DNA of 64,000 nucleotides from Schizochytrium sp. TIO01 (GCA_004764695.1 SMSO01000037.1:1898747-1962746); one strand, 5' to 3'; counted from the first letter of the stretch, positions 46,420-59,915 are shown. The notes: generated by a model from the sequence alone, not told the origin. Program-made: numbers and translations.

Positions 46420-49101
46420 CTAGTTGCGGGAAAGACCTTCACCCTTTGAAGCCTCGTCCTCCTCCACCATCATGATGGTTTCATCAAGATCTATTGAAGA
46501 AGCTTCATCTAAACCATGACAAAAAATGTCTACGGCAGCTGCTGAGATATTGCTGTTATATTCGACGAATTCTGAGCTAGTATAGCTTTTCGCAGATTTA
46601 TCAGAACTGAAACTTGCCCAATCCCTGCAATTAGAAGGGTGTGAGGACTTCCGTAATGCGCTTACACCTACGTCACCCTCAACAACGCAGATTGCAGGCT
46701 CATGCGTAGCAGGAAGTGGAAGCAAATGAGGATTCATGTCTACATTCGTAGCCTTGGCTGCTCCAGGAACCTGCATTCCCTGACGCCGAGCCATTCCAAC
46801 AGGGAAGACGTACCCATTAAGTGTGCTAATATGCTTGTGGGCGGATATTCGCGCGACAATATTTGCAATGCGATCCTTTGGAACTTCGACTTCACCACCA
46901 GCGTAGCCAAAGCATGCAACATACGAACAGGTGAATGTTGCAGTAAGTACCAGCAGAATCGATATTAACAGACTATCCGGAGCTCTGTCTTGGGAGCCTA
47001 GATCTAAGCTACACAATCCTACGGTCTCGAAAGCTGCAAGGGCAAGGAGAAGCCCTTCAACGCTAAGAGAAATCTTACCTAACGTCTGGTTTCTCCAATT
47101 TAGAATCGGTCGGTGTTGTAAACTTCGCGCGCTAACCATTTCTTCAAGTCTCGTTTGCTCTTTGCGGAGTTCCGCTTGATTCTGAGGCGACGACAAGCCA
47201 CGTCTAAACTTCGATCTCAAACTACTCCCCGATACTTTTGAGCAAGTGAGCCCATATCGAGTCTTGAGTGCCCAGCATATATGTACCGTAAAAAGCAAGA
47301 CAATGCAAAGACTCAGAAAACCATTAAATCTGGTCCGGGGCTGGACACCAGTCAGGAAGAATAGCACACTTGTAGCAAAGGCCAAGATAACTCCAAGCAA
47401 GCGCAGCCCATGATCGAATATTGCCCACTTGCCCTTGACGCGAAGAAGATTTTGTGCTACTGTCTGCTTATAGAAAGTTGAATCAGACTGTAAGACATTT
47501 CTCAAACTAGGGCCTTTGGCGAGCTTTGCCGTTCCAGATCTGAAGCTCGCAACTGCTACATCCGAATCCGTTAAAGGCTGTTCAGGTGGGCTTGCATGAA
47601 GTTGAGTTAGTGGAATTGCAGTAAACCCTTGGTTTGTGTTCTGCTCTCCCGTGAACTGCATGTCTTTAGCGTCGGAGGTATCAGCTGGATTCGTTGTCGT
47701 GGTCGCTTCACTCTGCGCAATGTCTAGTTCACGTGTGGGTTGCTCTACTTCGTAATCTAAATGAAGTCTTTCAAGTTGAGGCGTTAGATGTTGCAAGTCC
47801 TTTCCCATCCATGTTGCGTGGGATGCAAGACATGGTCCGAGAAGGGTCACGATGGACATGTACATGCTAAGCAGTGATGCAGCAAGAGTGATTGCATCAG
47901 CATTGCCTTGAGTAACACCAGCAGAAAATCCAGCAGTTGATCCAAGCACAAAGATTAAAAAGTCAATAAGGAGCATAACCACAGCATGATTAGCTGGGCA
48001 GAAGAGTTTATCAAGGACTTGAAGTTTAGCTTGCGTCCAAGTCTTCGAACCCCTATCGAATGCACTTAAGCTTGTCAAGGACACAAATGCATTCCATAAA
48101 ATTGCTAGCACTGCATGTGCAATTAAAAGCGCGATGGCAGGGTATGTTGTAGGAACCCGTGATGCAATTGTGAGAGGTAAGAGTGCTAAACCAAGCAAGA
48201 CCATGAGAACTCTGCTACATAAAAGCATCCGAGGCAGCCGACCTGAACCGCTTAAAAGAATTGCGGCCTCACGCCATCCCATGGTGGGGCTGAGGCACCC
48301 TCCCAAGCATCCAGCTCGATCGTAGTGTCTGTCAAACTTTGCAGCAATACTTGCCGCAGAAATATCATCGAATGGAAATCGCATGCTTTGTTTAGCGCAC
48401 ATCGAAAGCGCAACCAGAGAGAGACATAAACCAAATATAAACGCTACCACAATTACAACAATAGCACCAGCTTGTCGAGTCTGCATCATTGACAATGATC
48501 TGGGGATTGCCACACCATCCGATGTTACATGCCTCGAAAGTAATGTGGGCAAATCAGACGGTTCAATCCCTGTGGTCAAATGAGCATAACGCCCACGTTT
48601 TATTAAAGTTGTAAGTACTGCTTCATTCAATGTACATTCACAATGTTTAAGTTGAGGAAACTCTTTTGAATGTTTGCGAGCCGCTAAGGTGATACACCAT
48701 TTCATATTCTTCACAAATACCCCCTGAGCGGAGTTATCACAAGTTGTGACGTTAAGCAAAGTATCCTCATTTGAATGATAAAGAAATGGAGGCTCACAAA
48801 ATCTACGACTACCAACAGGTTTGATTGTAAATTCATAGAAATGGTTTTCAGGATCGATGAGACATGCCTCATGGGCATCACCTAAGTTTACAAGAATCAA
48901 GCATAATGAGAAGAAAACCAGACGACTGACTCTGTGTCGGTGCTGGTAAACTTTGCGGAGCTGGTGTATCTGACTCCCTTGTCCTTTGTAGCATAGCCTA
49001 GTTGTGCTGCGTAGTAGGATCTCATCTTCAGCAGGACTTTGAAAAGGCATCGTGCTGTCTCGGAACCCTCCTTCGAGAAGCAAGTCTGCCAGGAAAGACA
49101 T
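46420..49101 (-). CDS. Hypothetical multi-pass membrane protein (~893 aa) with Cys-rich N-terminal region
   Basis: Long uninterrupted ORF with first ATG at 49101 and about 10 hydrophobic segments; no family recognised. Confidence 0.75.
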   Translation of the reverse strand: MSFLADLLLEGGFRDSTMPFQSPAEDEILLRSTTRLCYKGQGSQIHQLRKVYQHRHRVSRLVFFSLCLILVNLGDAHEACLIDPENHFYEFTIKPVGSRRFCEPPFLYHSNEDTLLNVTTCDNSAQGVFVKNMKWCITLAARKHSKEFPQLKHCECTLNEAVLTTLIKRGRYAHLTTGIEPSDLPTLLSRHVTSDGVAIPRSLSMMQTRQAGAIVVIVVAFIFGLCLSLVALSMCAKQSMRFPFDDISAASIAAKFDRHYDRAGCLGGCLSPTMGWREAAILLSGSGRLPRMLLCSRVLMVLLGLALLPLTIASRVPTTYPAIALLIAHAVLAILWNAFVSLTSLSAFDRGSKTWTQAKLQVLDKLFCPANHAVVMLLIDFLIFVLGSTAGFSAGVTQGNADAITLAASLLSMYMSIVTLLGPCLASHATWMGKDLQHLTPQLERLHLDYEVEQPTRELDIAQSEATTTTNPADTSDAKDMQFTGEQNTNQGFTAIPLTQLHASPPEQPLTDSDVAVASFRSGTAKLAKGPSLRNVLQSDSTFYKQTVAQNLLRVKGKWAIFDHGLRLLGVILAFATSVLFFLTGVQPRTRFNGFLSLCIVLLFTVHICWALKTRYGLTCSKVSGSSLRSKFRRGLSSPQNQAELRKEQTRLEEMVSARSLQHRPILNWRNQTLGKISLSVEGLLLALAAFETVGLCSLDLGSQDRAPDSLLISILLVLTATFTCSYVACFGYAGGEVEVPKDRIANIVARISAHKHISTLNGYVFPVGMARRQGMQVPGAAKATNVDMNPHLLPLPATHEPAICVVEGDVGVSALRKSSHPSNCRDWASFSSDKSAKSYTSSEFVEYNSNISAAAVDIFCHGLDEASSIDLDETIMMVEEDEASKGEGLSRN

Positions 49102-49379
49102 TTGGCCTCTGTTTTCTTCATAAAGCAAGTAACGCCCTACCAATACATTGTATTGATAATAATAATATTGCGGGTGATGTATGAAGAACTTTATCTCCTT
49201 AGAGTGTAATTTTTCTGGGACTTTCAAAACCTAACCCAAAATGTCCCAACCCAAAAGTAAAAAATACTTTTAATTTAAAATATATGTAATACAGAAAAGC
49301 CTACGAGCAGGTCTCCTATTCTTAATCCTAACTTTCCTCCATCATGTGATTTTTATAAAGACTAGACAACCTACGCACA

Positions 49380-50340
49380 ATGTCCCCGGCTGGCTTCTTG
49401 CCCGCCTTGATGCGCATTGGCACCTCCTCGTAGCTCATTCCATAGATTCTCACATAATCATTCCTTCTTTAGATTTTACAATAGCAAGGTAGTACCAATA
49501 GAACTGCTGACACAATCATTTAAGCCAAGGCCGCAGGGAAACCTTGTATATGAAGCAGTCCGACACTCTTTGCTCCTTCAAATGTAGTGAATTCAACAAA
49601 TCCTTGGAGGGAATTTCTACGTGACGAAGGCAGTACTTGTCATACGATCATCCTGAAGACTGAGGATAGTAATATCATTCCATTAAATTGGATCACTTTT
49701 GAAGGCTTTAAGCACACCCATGAGAGTCCTATCACAAGCCGATTTAACGTAACGATTCCCTTATTAACTATTCGTTCTCCCTTGTGCCGCAGGGACTTAA
49801 TTGTCAGAGTTTTACATGATGACATCAGACCAGGAGCCGCTCAGCCTCCAAGGAGTCTCTCCTTCTCTTAAGTTCTTCTCTTCTTACAAGAACGAATACG
49901 AAAATACGATCTCCTCACAGAAATTCATAACCAGGTCAAAAAACTAGCAACCATCATTTGCATGGTCATGCATTCTCAGCCATTGTCAACATCTCTGGAA
50001 CCATCCCTCTCTGGATCCTGTCCTCTTGCTTGAATTTGCTCAAAGGTCTTCATTTCCTGCAGCATCGCAAATAAAATTTGACAATCTATTGCTTCCGCTG
50101 CGATTTCCTAGTTGGCTCAGTAACGCTAGGTACTGCTACTACTGCTACTGTAACCTCTACTTCTGCTGGGCATAGCCAACACCTATAGACTTCCTATGAA
50201 ACCTTATACAATCACGAAATCGAGGCAATCAAACGACAGGATATGAGCACGTTTAGACAACTACCAAACCTTCTTGGACGACTTTTCTCGACCTCACCAA
50301 CCTCCTGTTAAAGCCAGCACCTCCTTGTGGCTTTCTCTAA
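49380..50340 (-). pseudogene. Possible decayed coding relic of unknown family
   Basis: Protein-like fragments (YDKYCLRHVEIPSKDLLNSLHLKEQRV; EIAAEAIDCQILFAMLQEMKTFEQIQ) in shifting frames with stops. Confidence 0.2.
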
Positions 50341-51162
50341 AGCTTCTACATGACAAGACCATCGCCATAGCATACATCACTACTTATTGATACTAACCAA
50401 GCCCACCGCCACCCACCTGCGAGGATACCTGTATACGTCCCCACACACCCTGTCCTCGCACACACCGGGTCCGCGATCACCGCCACAGCTCCTCCACGGC
50501 TGTATATCCCCGTGTTCCCATGCCCTAACCCTAGCGCTGGGGGCGCTTCCTTTTGAAAGGGAGGTAATAAGGAGAGAGGGTAAAAGGGCTGGAATAGGGA
50601 AGACAAGGAGGGTGAATTTCGAATGGGTGATCGAGAGAAGAAGCAAACTAGGAGCACGGAGAGGTAGGTGCTGGGCGCAAGGGGCGCGGTCGATCTCGCG
50701 TGGGCGGGAGGACCTGTGTCTGCAAGGATTGAGAGGCCGCGGCAACGCTCTGCAGAACGACCTTCGGAGGCCCACGAGGCCCTTCTGGCATCGTGGAACG
50801 GGCCCGCATGCAACCTGATGATGTCATGATGCGTGGCATGGGCAAGCTGCTCAAGACTGCTCTGACGAAGCGAGCGCCTAGTACGGCGAGGCTCGCTGAG
50901 ATTGAGATGGATTGACCACACGTATGAAGCCGAAGTGACTGCCTGTAGAGCTTAGAGTTGGGGTGGCCTCGAATTGTGGATAGTAAACTTGTGACTGGGG
51001 AATATAGGTTGACTAACGGGTGGTTGAAATGACATATAATTTGATGGCCTTCAATGTTGCTTTTCCGATGATATTGTTGCAATTGAATGCAATGACAAAA
51101 CTCAAATATACACAGTTTGGGAGTACCTTTGCGTGGTAGACGCACTTGGGATCACAGACAAA

Positions 51163-51555
51163 ATGGTGCGCATGAACGTGCTCGCGGATGCTCTCAAGAC
51201 GCTCTCCAACGCGGAGAAGCGCGGTAAGAAGCAGGTGCTCCTTCGCCCCTGCTCCAAGGTCCTTATCAAGTTCCTCAAGACCATGCAGGCCAACGGCTAC
51301 ATCGGCGAGTTCGAGGTGATCGACGACCACCGCTCTGGCAAGATTGTTGTTGAGCTGACCGGCCGCTTGAACAAGTGCGGTGTTGTCAGCCCCCGCTTTG
51401 ACATCCAGGTTGGCGATATCGAGAAGTGGGTGGGTAACCTCCTCCCCTCCCGTCAGTTCGGCCACATTATTTTGACGACCTCCGCTGGTATCATGGACCA
51501 CGAGGAGGCTCGCCGAAAGCACACCGGAGGCAAGATCCTTGGCTTCTTCTACTGA
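51163..51555 (+). CDS. RPS15A: 40S ribosomal protein S15a (uS8), 130 aa
   Basis: [71 protein letters not shown]. Probable 5'-UTR intron 50664-51157 (GAG|GTAGGT...cacAG). Confidence 0.97.
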   Translation: MVRMNVLADALKTLSNAEKRGKKQVLLRPCSKVLIKFLKTMQANGYIGEFEVIDDHRSGKIVVELTGRLNKCGVVSPRFDIQVGDIEKWVGNLLPSRQFGHIILTTSAGIMDHEEARRKHTGGKILGFFY

Positions 51556-53619
51556 TTTGAACCATTTTCACGCCTTCGTTATATCTCTTTCCTTTTCTTT
51601 TAGCTCCTTCGCTTATCGTCCACTCGATACTCAAGTGAACCGAGTGTGTACGTGCGTGAGTGCGTGCATTCCATTGCAATGTTAACAAACAGTTAGCTCG
51701 GGCTGCGTTTGTGTTTTGTCAATATATATGCACCCTATTTCACCTCTTCACTCTTGCCATCTCTCTTTCTTGTTCTTGTATGTTCTCAGCTTGTCTACCT
51801 GTTTGTGGGGTCTTGGGCCCTCCAACAGAGTAAATCTGTCTTGCTTCTCCTGGTCTTCGTGCTATTAACTCTCATACTATTTTTGGACCCAGCTGCCGAG
51901 GTAGCCTGCCTTCGAGAACAGTATGTGAAGAGCTCGGTCATTCACTTTAGTGGTGTTTGCATATACTACTTGATTAACATATCTGAACTGATCAATTTAA
52001 ACCGGTTGTACTTATGGTTAACAAGCTCCCAGGGCAATCGAAAATGATAGCTCAACTCCAGTTTGCGTAGCGTCGCTTTGGCTTTACATAGTGTTCTGTC
52101 AAAGTAGAGAGTTCACTAACGCTTCTAACGCTACCGTTCTCCTTTCTTCTAACGAAGTAAGTCTTTTTCCAGTTTGGTGCTGTTAGCCTCTTTTGCTCTG
52201 TTCCATTCCTATAACTCTGTTCAGGTATAGAAAGTAAAACCTTTGGTTATTATTTCACTATCATATTATGTTCTTATGTTTTATTTTTTAAATAACTAAA
52301 ACTTTAAAAATAAAAAACCTATTTAGAAATGAAAACAACGACCATCACAAAATAGCTTTCTTTATTCAAATAAAAAAATTGATAATGTACTACTACTACT
52401 AAAAGAGCAGAAATAAAATAGAACATTAAAAAATAAAATAAAAAATATTTATAATATCAAAGAATGAAAGGGTTAAGAGCAAAGTTTTGGCAAGAAATAA
52501 TGTTGATAATCTTTAGGACAAGGTATTAAGTATTTATGAAATTGCGTGAACACGATCTTTTTCGAACAAAAACCACAATGAGACGCAACACAAGAGTGTA
52601 ACTAGTGATATCTCCCCTTCATCTTAAGAACTTCACAGATTATAATATGTTGGCTTTCATATCAACATACAATCATACTATGGGACAGTACTTCTTCGTC
52701 AAGTACTCTTTCGTCAAGGTGCACAAAACATGAACATATCATTATTGCTGAGCAAGCCGTAGGACTTTAGATCACACTCAGCAGATATTTGTTCTATCAA
52801 AAGATCAAAATTAAAATTACAAACAAGGTAAACAGACTATTAACTATAACTGTCCAATCAATCCCATTGATATTTTGCAATATTAGATTTCATATTTTCA
52901 ATGTATAAAAGTAGAAACACACGAATCTAGGCAATCATCAACCATGCTTGCCCAAACAGAGTTGAAATAAAGACAACTATAATTAAACTAATTCAACGAC
53001 AGTTACAAAGTTTCCAGCAATTTATTAACCTGCTTTCTAAAATGAAGCAAAGAGATATGTCAAACCACCTTTTCCAAACCATAAGTCATATACTCTAGCT
53101 TAAGAAAGGGAACTAAAGTGCATAAAACATTGTTGCGCGAATATTAACGTAGGACTATTTTTACAGTAATAGATTGTTTCATGTCAAGTTTTTACGCGTT
53201 ACCTTCATGTTACCCTCTCATTAGCAAAAGATATACTGACCTTTCCTACAAGTAGACTCAAAGTTTGCTCTATCTGAAAGTGCGAAAAGAGAGATCAAAA
53301 AGGCCTCTTCACTAAAATCTCCTAACAAACACAGTATTGCTCGTTCCTGAATGATTTGTACTCAGGTCGAACGGTACTAGTATGTCCATCTCTACACATG
53401 CAATTCACAAATTCTGATCATTTAATGAATAAAATACAAGTCCCATTAAACAATCAGGACAACAAGGGGCAAAACGAGAACTCTGAAGAGGAGGGATCTT
53501 GTTTAGAGAGATTTAAATTTGAGAGAGTAACAAAAACACGACTACAACGTTGCACTAGGCTGCAAAAAACGAAGAGAATTGTTGGGTGTAAATGTTTATC
53601 GGGTTAGCTTAGCATGAAT

Positions 53620-55281
53620 TTAAGCAAAGGTGGCGGAGAACTCATCGGCGGCCTTCTTGAGGGAGGCCTCAATGTTGGCGTCGAGGGCCTTCTTGGTCTT
53701 GATCTCCTCAAGAACAGAGGCGTAGTTGGCCTTAACGTGCTTGAGCCAGCCAGCCTCGAACTCACCGACGCGCTTGAGGTCGATGGGGTCAAGGTAGCCA
53801 CGCACACCGGCGAAGATAACAACGACCTGCTCGTGGACAGGCATAGGCTGGTACTGGCCCTGCTTGAGGAGCTCCTGGAGGCGGGCACCACGGTTAAGCT
53901 GGTGCTGGGTGGCGGCATCGAGATCGGAACCGAACTGAGCGAAGGCAGCGACCTCACGGTACTGGGCAAGCTCGAGCTTGATGGTACCGGCAATCTGCTT
54001 CATGGCCTTGATCTGAGCGGCGGAACCGACACGGGAGACGGAGAGACCGACGTTCACGGCGGGGCGGATACCCTGGTGGAAGAGCTCGGCCTCGAGGAAG
54101 ATCTGGCCGTCAGTGATAGAAATAACGTTGGTGGGAATGTAAGCGGACACATCACCAGCCTGGGTCTCAATCACGGGGAGGGCGGTGAGGGAACCAGCGC
54201 CGAGGTCGTCAGAGACCTTGGCGGCACGCTCGAGGAGACGAGAGTGCAAGTAGAAGACGTCACCGGGGTAAGCCTCACGGCCGGGGGGGCGGCGGAGGAG
54301 GAGGGACATCTGACGGTAGGCAACAGCCTGCTTGGTCAAGTCATCGTAGAAGATGACGGCGTGGGAGCCAGAGTCGCGGAAGTACTCACCGATGGTGGCA
54401 CCGGAGTAGGGGGCGAGGTACTGGAGGGGAGCAGAGTCGGAGGCGGTGGCAGCGACGACAATGCTGAAGGGGTCAGCGCCGTGCTCCTCGAACTTGGCGG
54501 CGATCTGGGCGACGGTGGAGCGCTTCTGGCCGACAGCGACGTACACACAGTAGAGCTTCTTGGCCTCATCAGCCTCACCCTCGTTGAGGGCCTTCTGGTT
54601 GATGACGGTGTCGACGGCAATGGCGGTCTTACCGGTCTGACGATCACCAATGACGAGCTCACGCTGGCCACGGCCAATGGGGATGAGGGAGTCGACGGCC
54701 TTGAGACCAGTCTGCATGGGCTCGTGCACGGACTTACGGGAAAGAATACCCGGGGCCTTGACCTCGACACGGTCGCGGCGGTCACCCTTGATGGCGCCCT
54801 TGCCGTCGATGGGCTCACCGAGGGCGTCGACGGTGCGGCCGAGGAGGTCGCGACCGACGGGCACGTCGACGATGGAACCGGTACGCTTGACGACGTCACC
54901 CTCGAGGATGAGACGATCGTTACCGAAGATCACAACACCAACGTTGTCGTTCTCAAGGTTGAGAGCCATACCCTTAATGCCAGCGTTCACGAACTCAACC
55001 ATCTCACCGGCCTGGACCTTGTTGAGGCCGAAGACACGGGCGATACCGTCACCAATGGTGATGACGTGGCCAACCTCGTCAACAGAGACACCGGAGCTCT
55101 CCTTGTTGTAGCTGGAGATACGGTCCTCGAGGATGCTGCTGAGCTCAGCGGCGCCGACGGAGAAGGAGCGGGCACCGTTGAGGGCGACCTGGGTGCGGGC
55201 GAGCTGCACACCACCCTTGGCGAGGGTGGCGCGGGTCGCGAGCCGCGAGGCGGCCATAAGACCACGGCGTGTGAAGCTCAT
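53620..55281 (-). CDS. ATP1: Mitochondrial F1 ATP synthase alpha subunit, nucleus-encoded with presequence, 553 aa
   Basis: [70 protein letters not shown]; ~40-aa Arg-rich presequence ending ARSFS. Candidate 5'-UTR intron 55319-55833. Confidence 0.97.
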   Translation of the reverse strand: MSFTRRGLMAASRLATRATLAKGGVQLARTQVALNGARSFSVGAAELSSILEDRISSYNKESSGVSVDEVGHVITIGDGIARVFGLNKVQAGEMVEFVNAGIKGMALNLENDNVGVVIFGNDRLILEGDVVKRTGSIVDVPVGRDLLGRTVDALGEPIDGKGAIKGDRRDRVEVKAPGILSRKSVHEPMQTGLKAVDSLIPIGRGQRELVIGDRQTGKTAIAVDTVINQKALNEGEADEAKKLYCVYVAVGQKRSTVAQIAAKFEEHGADPFSIVVAATASDSAPLQYLAPYSGATIGEYFRDSGSHAVIFYDDLTKQAVAYRQMSLLLRRPPGREAYPGDVFYLHSRLLERAAKVSDDLGAGSLTALPVIETQAGDVSAYIPTNVISITDGQIFLEAELFHQGIRPAVNVGLSVSRVGSAAQIKAMKQIAGTIKLELAQYREVAAFAQFGSDLDAATQHQLNRGARLQELLKQGQYQPMPVHEQVVVIFAGVRGYLDPIDLKRVGEFEAGWLKHVKANYASVLEEIKTKKALDANIEASLKKAADEFSATFA

Positions 55282-57284
55282 TGTTGAGTTCTGCTTGTTC
55301 TACGTCGCAAACTCCTGCCTGTTCGAAATCGCGTTATGCGTTCAATTGAGTGAGTGGGTGTTTTCACAAGGTTCACATCCAAACGAATCTCGGTTAGTTT
55401 ATCTATCTCTCCCTTTCTTCATCATCATTTCCAATCCAAACATCGCACATTTGCCTTCCTTCCCAAGTACTCCATATATAACGATGAATATATACGAATA
55501 CTTAAGGGATGGATGGATTCATATCATAGTGAATATCATATCCAGTCTCACAGCATGGTGGTTATGCATGCACACATTCACATTGCACTCCGGGCATGAA
55601 ACGAAAGCCACCTTAGCGTAGCTCCGCAAACCTTGTCCGGCATCCCTTTCCCACGCCCGTGCCGCCCAAATATGCGCTCTCTGCAGCACAAGTCATGAAT
55701 CAACGCAAGATCCAAACACGCTGGCCACAAACACATAGGAGCTAAGCAGAGAAAACCCTATCTAGTACTAAGGCGAGCGAAGAGCAGCAACGAGCGGCTC
55801 CGGGCGAATGAGAGCGAGGAGACCGGGCTTTACCACCGGGAGGAGCTCGAGGGCTACGTGGAGAGAGTGATCAGCGCATTTGAATCAAGCCGCGAGAGCG
55901 GAAACAGCTGCCTCCGCCCCGTCTACCTGTCTATCCATATCTGTGTCTATCCACTCCATGCATGCATCCAGCCATGTGCCGCATGCGCTCATGCACGCGG
56001 GCAAGAACAAGTCGGAGACCGGGAGGCGCGTTGAGATCGACCACAGCGCAGGTCCACACGAACCTGCGCCCGCAGAGCGTCTCGCGCGGGCATCGCGCCG
56101 CAGACGGACGTACCTGTGCAGCGCTAAAGAGAGAGATCGGCGTCTGAGCGGCTGCCGCGACAGCCGCAGAGCAGCAGCGCCCCCCCACTGCGCTACTGCG
56201 CTCTCCTAGCCTCACTGCGCCTTTTTCTCCTCTCTCTCCACTGGCATTTTTAAAGTTTACCCGAGTCTAGGTCAGAGATTCGCCGTCTCCTACGGGGCTC
56301 ATTGCAGCGCTGTTTAGCCGCCAGTGGGGCCAGAGAGGAAAAGGCGAAAAGATAGGGGGGGGCAGCTGAGTCAGAGGGATTCGCCGGGAGTGGGCGAGGG
56401 GCAGTGTGCGCCTGCGAAGATGTGGCGACGGCAGCACGAAACGCCCTCATAATGATAGGCAGCGGTAACCCCGGGCAGTCGGTAGATTAAGCGCCAGCAA
56501 TAAGGATTCCGGTAAGCCTCGGCCTAGGCGCAGTGGGGGTGGGGCACGCGGGGACTCGCCGCCAATAGCAGGAAGGAGGGGCCTGCCAGGATAGCCGGGG
56601 ATCGGGAGCCGCCCAAAGGCGGGCAAGCAGGCCCCAAGGGGGGCAGGCGGGGAGTTGGCGGCAAGTGGAGGATTACGTGGAGAGGCCGCGATCCGCCGCC
56701 TGCGTGGGAAGGGTGCGAAAGAAAGGCGCCCGAGGCCGCGCGGGAGCGCCGCTGGGCCCTCCGGCGGGCCCCCGCCAAGGCGAAGAAGGCCCAGGCCCTC
56801 CGGCGTGGGCCTCGCCGGCGGCTGAGCGCGCTGCCTGCAAATCGCGCGCCGCAGCCTCCCTCGCAGCGCGCTGCAAATCGCTCGAGCTCTTGCAGTGCTT
56901 GCCGCGCCCATAGGAGTCGCCTATGCGCTACTAGCAGCTCCTGCTGCTCCCCGCAGCGCACGGATCGACGCGTAGCGTTACGGAAAGATAACATTGGAGC
57001 ACCGCGGCTTTGTGAGCGCAGGAGGGCAATGCTATGATGCGGTAACGATGTGGCGGGGGCGCTGGGTCTGGGCCTAGAGGGCGGTAGCGAGGCTTAGTGC
57101 CACGTAATGAGTAGGTGATATGGGAGGAGATGCGGCGGATTGATTGATGACAAGGACTGCACATGCATGTGCGTGGCATTGCGTGGCGAGCGAGAACTGG
57201 GGCTGAGGACGGTGACGGCGAAGAGCAGCGGGCCAGGGCCCGGCTTTGGGCCAATTTTTGTCGAAATTGGCGGCCTTGGCGCAG

Positions 57285-58170
57285 GGCTTGGCTTGGCTTG
57301 GCTTGGCTTGAGATGGATGATGCAATCCGAAGCGCGCAGTCAGGTGCAGACGGGGTGGAATACGGGATACTGGTAGAAGTCATTAGGAGCGGGGGTCCTA
57401 GTGGGCATAGGGATTCGGCTAGAGGGGGTGTACATGAGGAGGATTGTGTAGAGTCCTTCTGGGGGCGCTGTGGTAGTGTATCCGATAGGGGGGAACTAGC
57501 AGTGCTTTGGATATTGCAAAACTGTAAACTGAGTATAAATAAATGAATGAATCACTAAATCAATAAACAAAAGATTAAATTAATTAGGATAGGCTTTGAT
57601 GATGATAATTTGCAATGAAATTGCAATGAAACAGTCAATGATAAGTGAAGAAGGAGCAGACAACGAGCGATGGTGCGATGAGGAAGGACTTAGACAATGG
57701 ACCAACCTTGGATGAATGTAGTAGATCAGCACGAAGGAGAGCATATGGGGCTGGTTTATCGTACGTGTGCGCAGTGGCGAGACAGTGCAAACGAAGAAAG
57801 AAGCCAATTGTGATGCAAGCAGCTCTGGCTAGCTAGCTAGAGCAGTTAGTAATTTAGTCAGCTTGCTCGAGCATATCACCGACGATGATAGGCCTTGTCT
57901 AGGTCGACTAGGAGCTAGCAGCGAAGTACTTTGCCTTGCCTTGCCTTGCCTTGGTCTGCTCTGCTTGGCTGCTCGCTCTGCAGAGCTTGCTTTATTTCAT
58001 CGTGCAGGAGTCGGAAGCTATGTTGGCAGCGACTGGCGAGTAAGCAGCTGAGCGAGGTACGAAGCAACGCAGGAAATGCAATAGAGGCTCCATTTTGCAA
58101 GAAGTTAGTGCAATGCAGTTCAATGCAATGCAGTGCAATGCGATGCGATGCGATGCGAGGCAATGCGATA
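57285..58170. repeat. Pentanucleotide microsatellites (GGCTT)n, (GCCTT)n, (GCAAT/GCGAT)n
   Basis: Runs at 57285-57310, ~57930-57952 and ~58110-58170. Confidence 0.8.
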
Positions 58171-59915
58171 GAAATGTAGTGAACCTGTAGCCACTCATAG
58201 CGAAGAAGCCATCGTAGATAGAGAAGTGTAGGAACAGTAGCACTGCCGCGGAAGCTGCTGCTAGTGCTCTTGCTATTAATGATGGTGAGGTTAAGCTGCC
58301 AACTTGGTGAGAGAGTGATGATGTGAGTAGTTTCGTTAGATCTGGCTGACAAAGAAATGGATCTAAAGGGAAATGGGGGTGCCGCGAAGGCGCCGAACAA
58401 AAGAGGTGGTTAGATCAGGCTGCCGTAGGTAATGCATTGGAGGGAGGCAGCGAAGGGCGTAGCCAGTGCCAGATTACATCATTACATCTGTCTGCTAGAT
58501 ATATTCCTAGGTATGCACCGTACTGGCAGTAGCGGCTGCTGCTGCTGCCGCTCCACTACAGTTCACGACACTGCTCTAGACCTCCTGACGTGAACTCAAC
58601 CACCACTGTCAAGGCTCACGTGGCAGAACGATCAGCGAAAAGATCAATCGATGGCTACTAAATTGTATTGTATACTCAGACGATGGTTTTTTGCTTGGAA
58701 ACTAGTGTAGCGGAAGACTAGCGACACAGAACGTAGCATGACCTAAAGGGATGCCTTCCTGACGTTTCTCGCCCTCACTCATAATGTAATATTAATAGCA
58801 TTCAGGATATATGAGCTACCACTATTACTATCTACCTAACCTACCTACCTAGCTAGCTAGAGGGAGATTCACTTTCGATGGGTTTCTCGATGGAAGATAA
58901 CGCAAGAGTTCACAACACACTTGCTGCACTACATCCGTAGTAACACCCTGCTAGGTCTCCATTTACTAGGTTTAAGACTATTATTAATTACTTGGTCAAA
59001 TAGCTAGCATAGATGACTATGGCCAAGAAATTAAGGTGTGGAGAATTGATCTTAGCTTTTGCAAACACTAGTCCGCTGAAGAAGATCCGCAACAAGACCA
59101 CAGTTCAAGCGTTTGAGAATATAATATCCATCTAATATTCATTTTAAAGCTATGCACATTATTTGCACAAATTCGCTAATCATCGTCAGAACAATGAGAC
59201 TTAGTCATCAAAACAGAGTTGTTTAACAATGCAAGTTTGACTTTTGCAAAGATATCGTTCGCGCATAGTAAACCAGAATATTGTATAGATTTCCCTTGTT
59301 TGGGTCTGTCAATTTTAGTTGAAGGTTGTCAAGCTAGTAAACAAGGACCACTTTCAAAGAAGCTATTCTTAGGTTTAAGTTTGGCTGTGATGACCAAAGA
59401 AATTATCACAACAACCTTCGTTTAGCCATGCACCTATTACACCAAACTTTTTGCATTTTGTCCATTGATTTCACAAACAAAGAAAAAAGAAAGCAATGCG
59501 TGTGTTGACCAAGCCATGTGGATGGACTTCATCATAATAGAAAGGTAAGCCAGTTGTAGCCTGTTCTGTCATACATAATGTAACCGAATCCCAATAATAA
59601 ATCGCCAACAATGAAAAGATATCAGGAACACCCATGCATGTTGGCTCAAAATGATGAACAGAAGCTTGAAGCAAAAGAGTAGAGAACATGCATGAATTAT
59701 TATTATTAAGAAAACAGTTTCTTTTTCCTTTCTTTTAAAAAATGAAGACGAGAATTAAACTGAGGCCACTTGCCAACAAATTGTATTCACAAAACGAAAT
59801 CACCTCCTCCTACCTTGACGAGAAGAATCATGTTGTCAGAGAGAGTTTTTCAGGAAGGAGGAAGATGCTCAATTTGCGAGGCGCGAAGGGACACCCCAAA
59901 CGCACAAAACAATGA

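Noticed and set aside
50810-50870. Intronic box C/D snoRNA (TGATGA...CTGA) in the RPS15A leader intron
   Set aside because: Only ~50 nt, no clear terminal stem, and no rRNA-complementary guide identifiable by eye.
53614-55287. 557-aa plus-strand ORF antisense to ATP1
   Set aside because: Codon-aligned antisense shadow caused by strong codon bias in a highly expressed gene; no domain recognised.
55880-57546. Multiple Arg/Pro/Ala-rich ORFs
   Set aside because: Expected by chance in very GC-rich DNA; they overlap on both strands and have no coding-like features.
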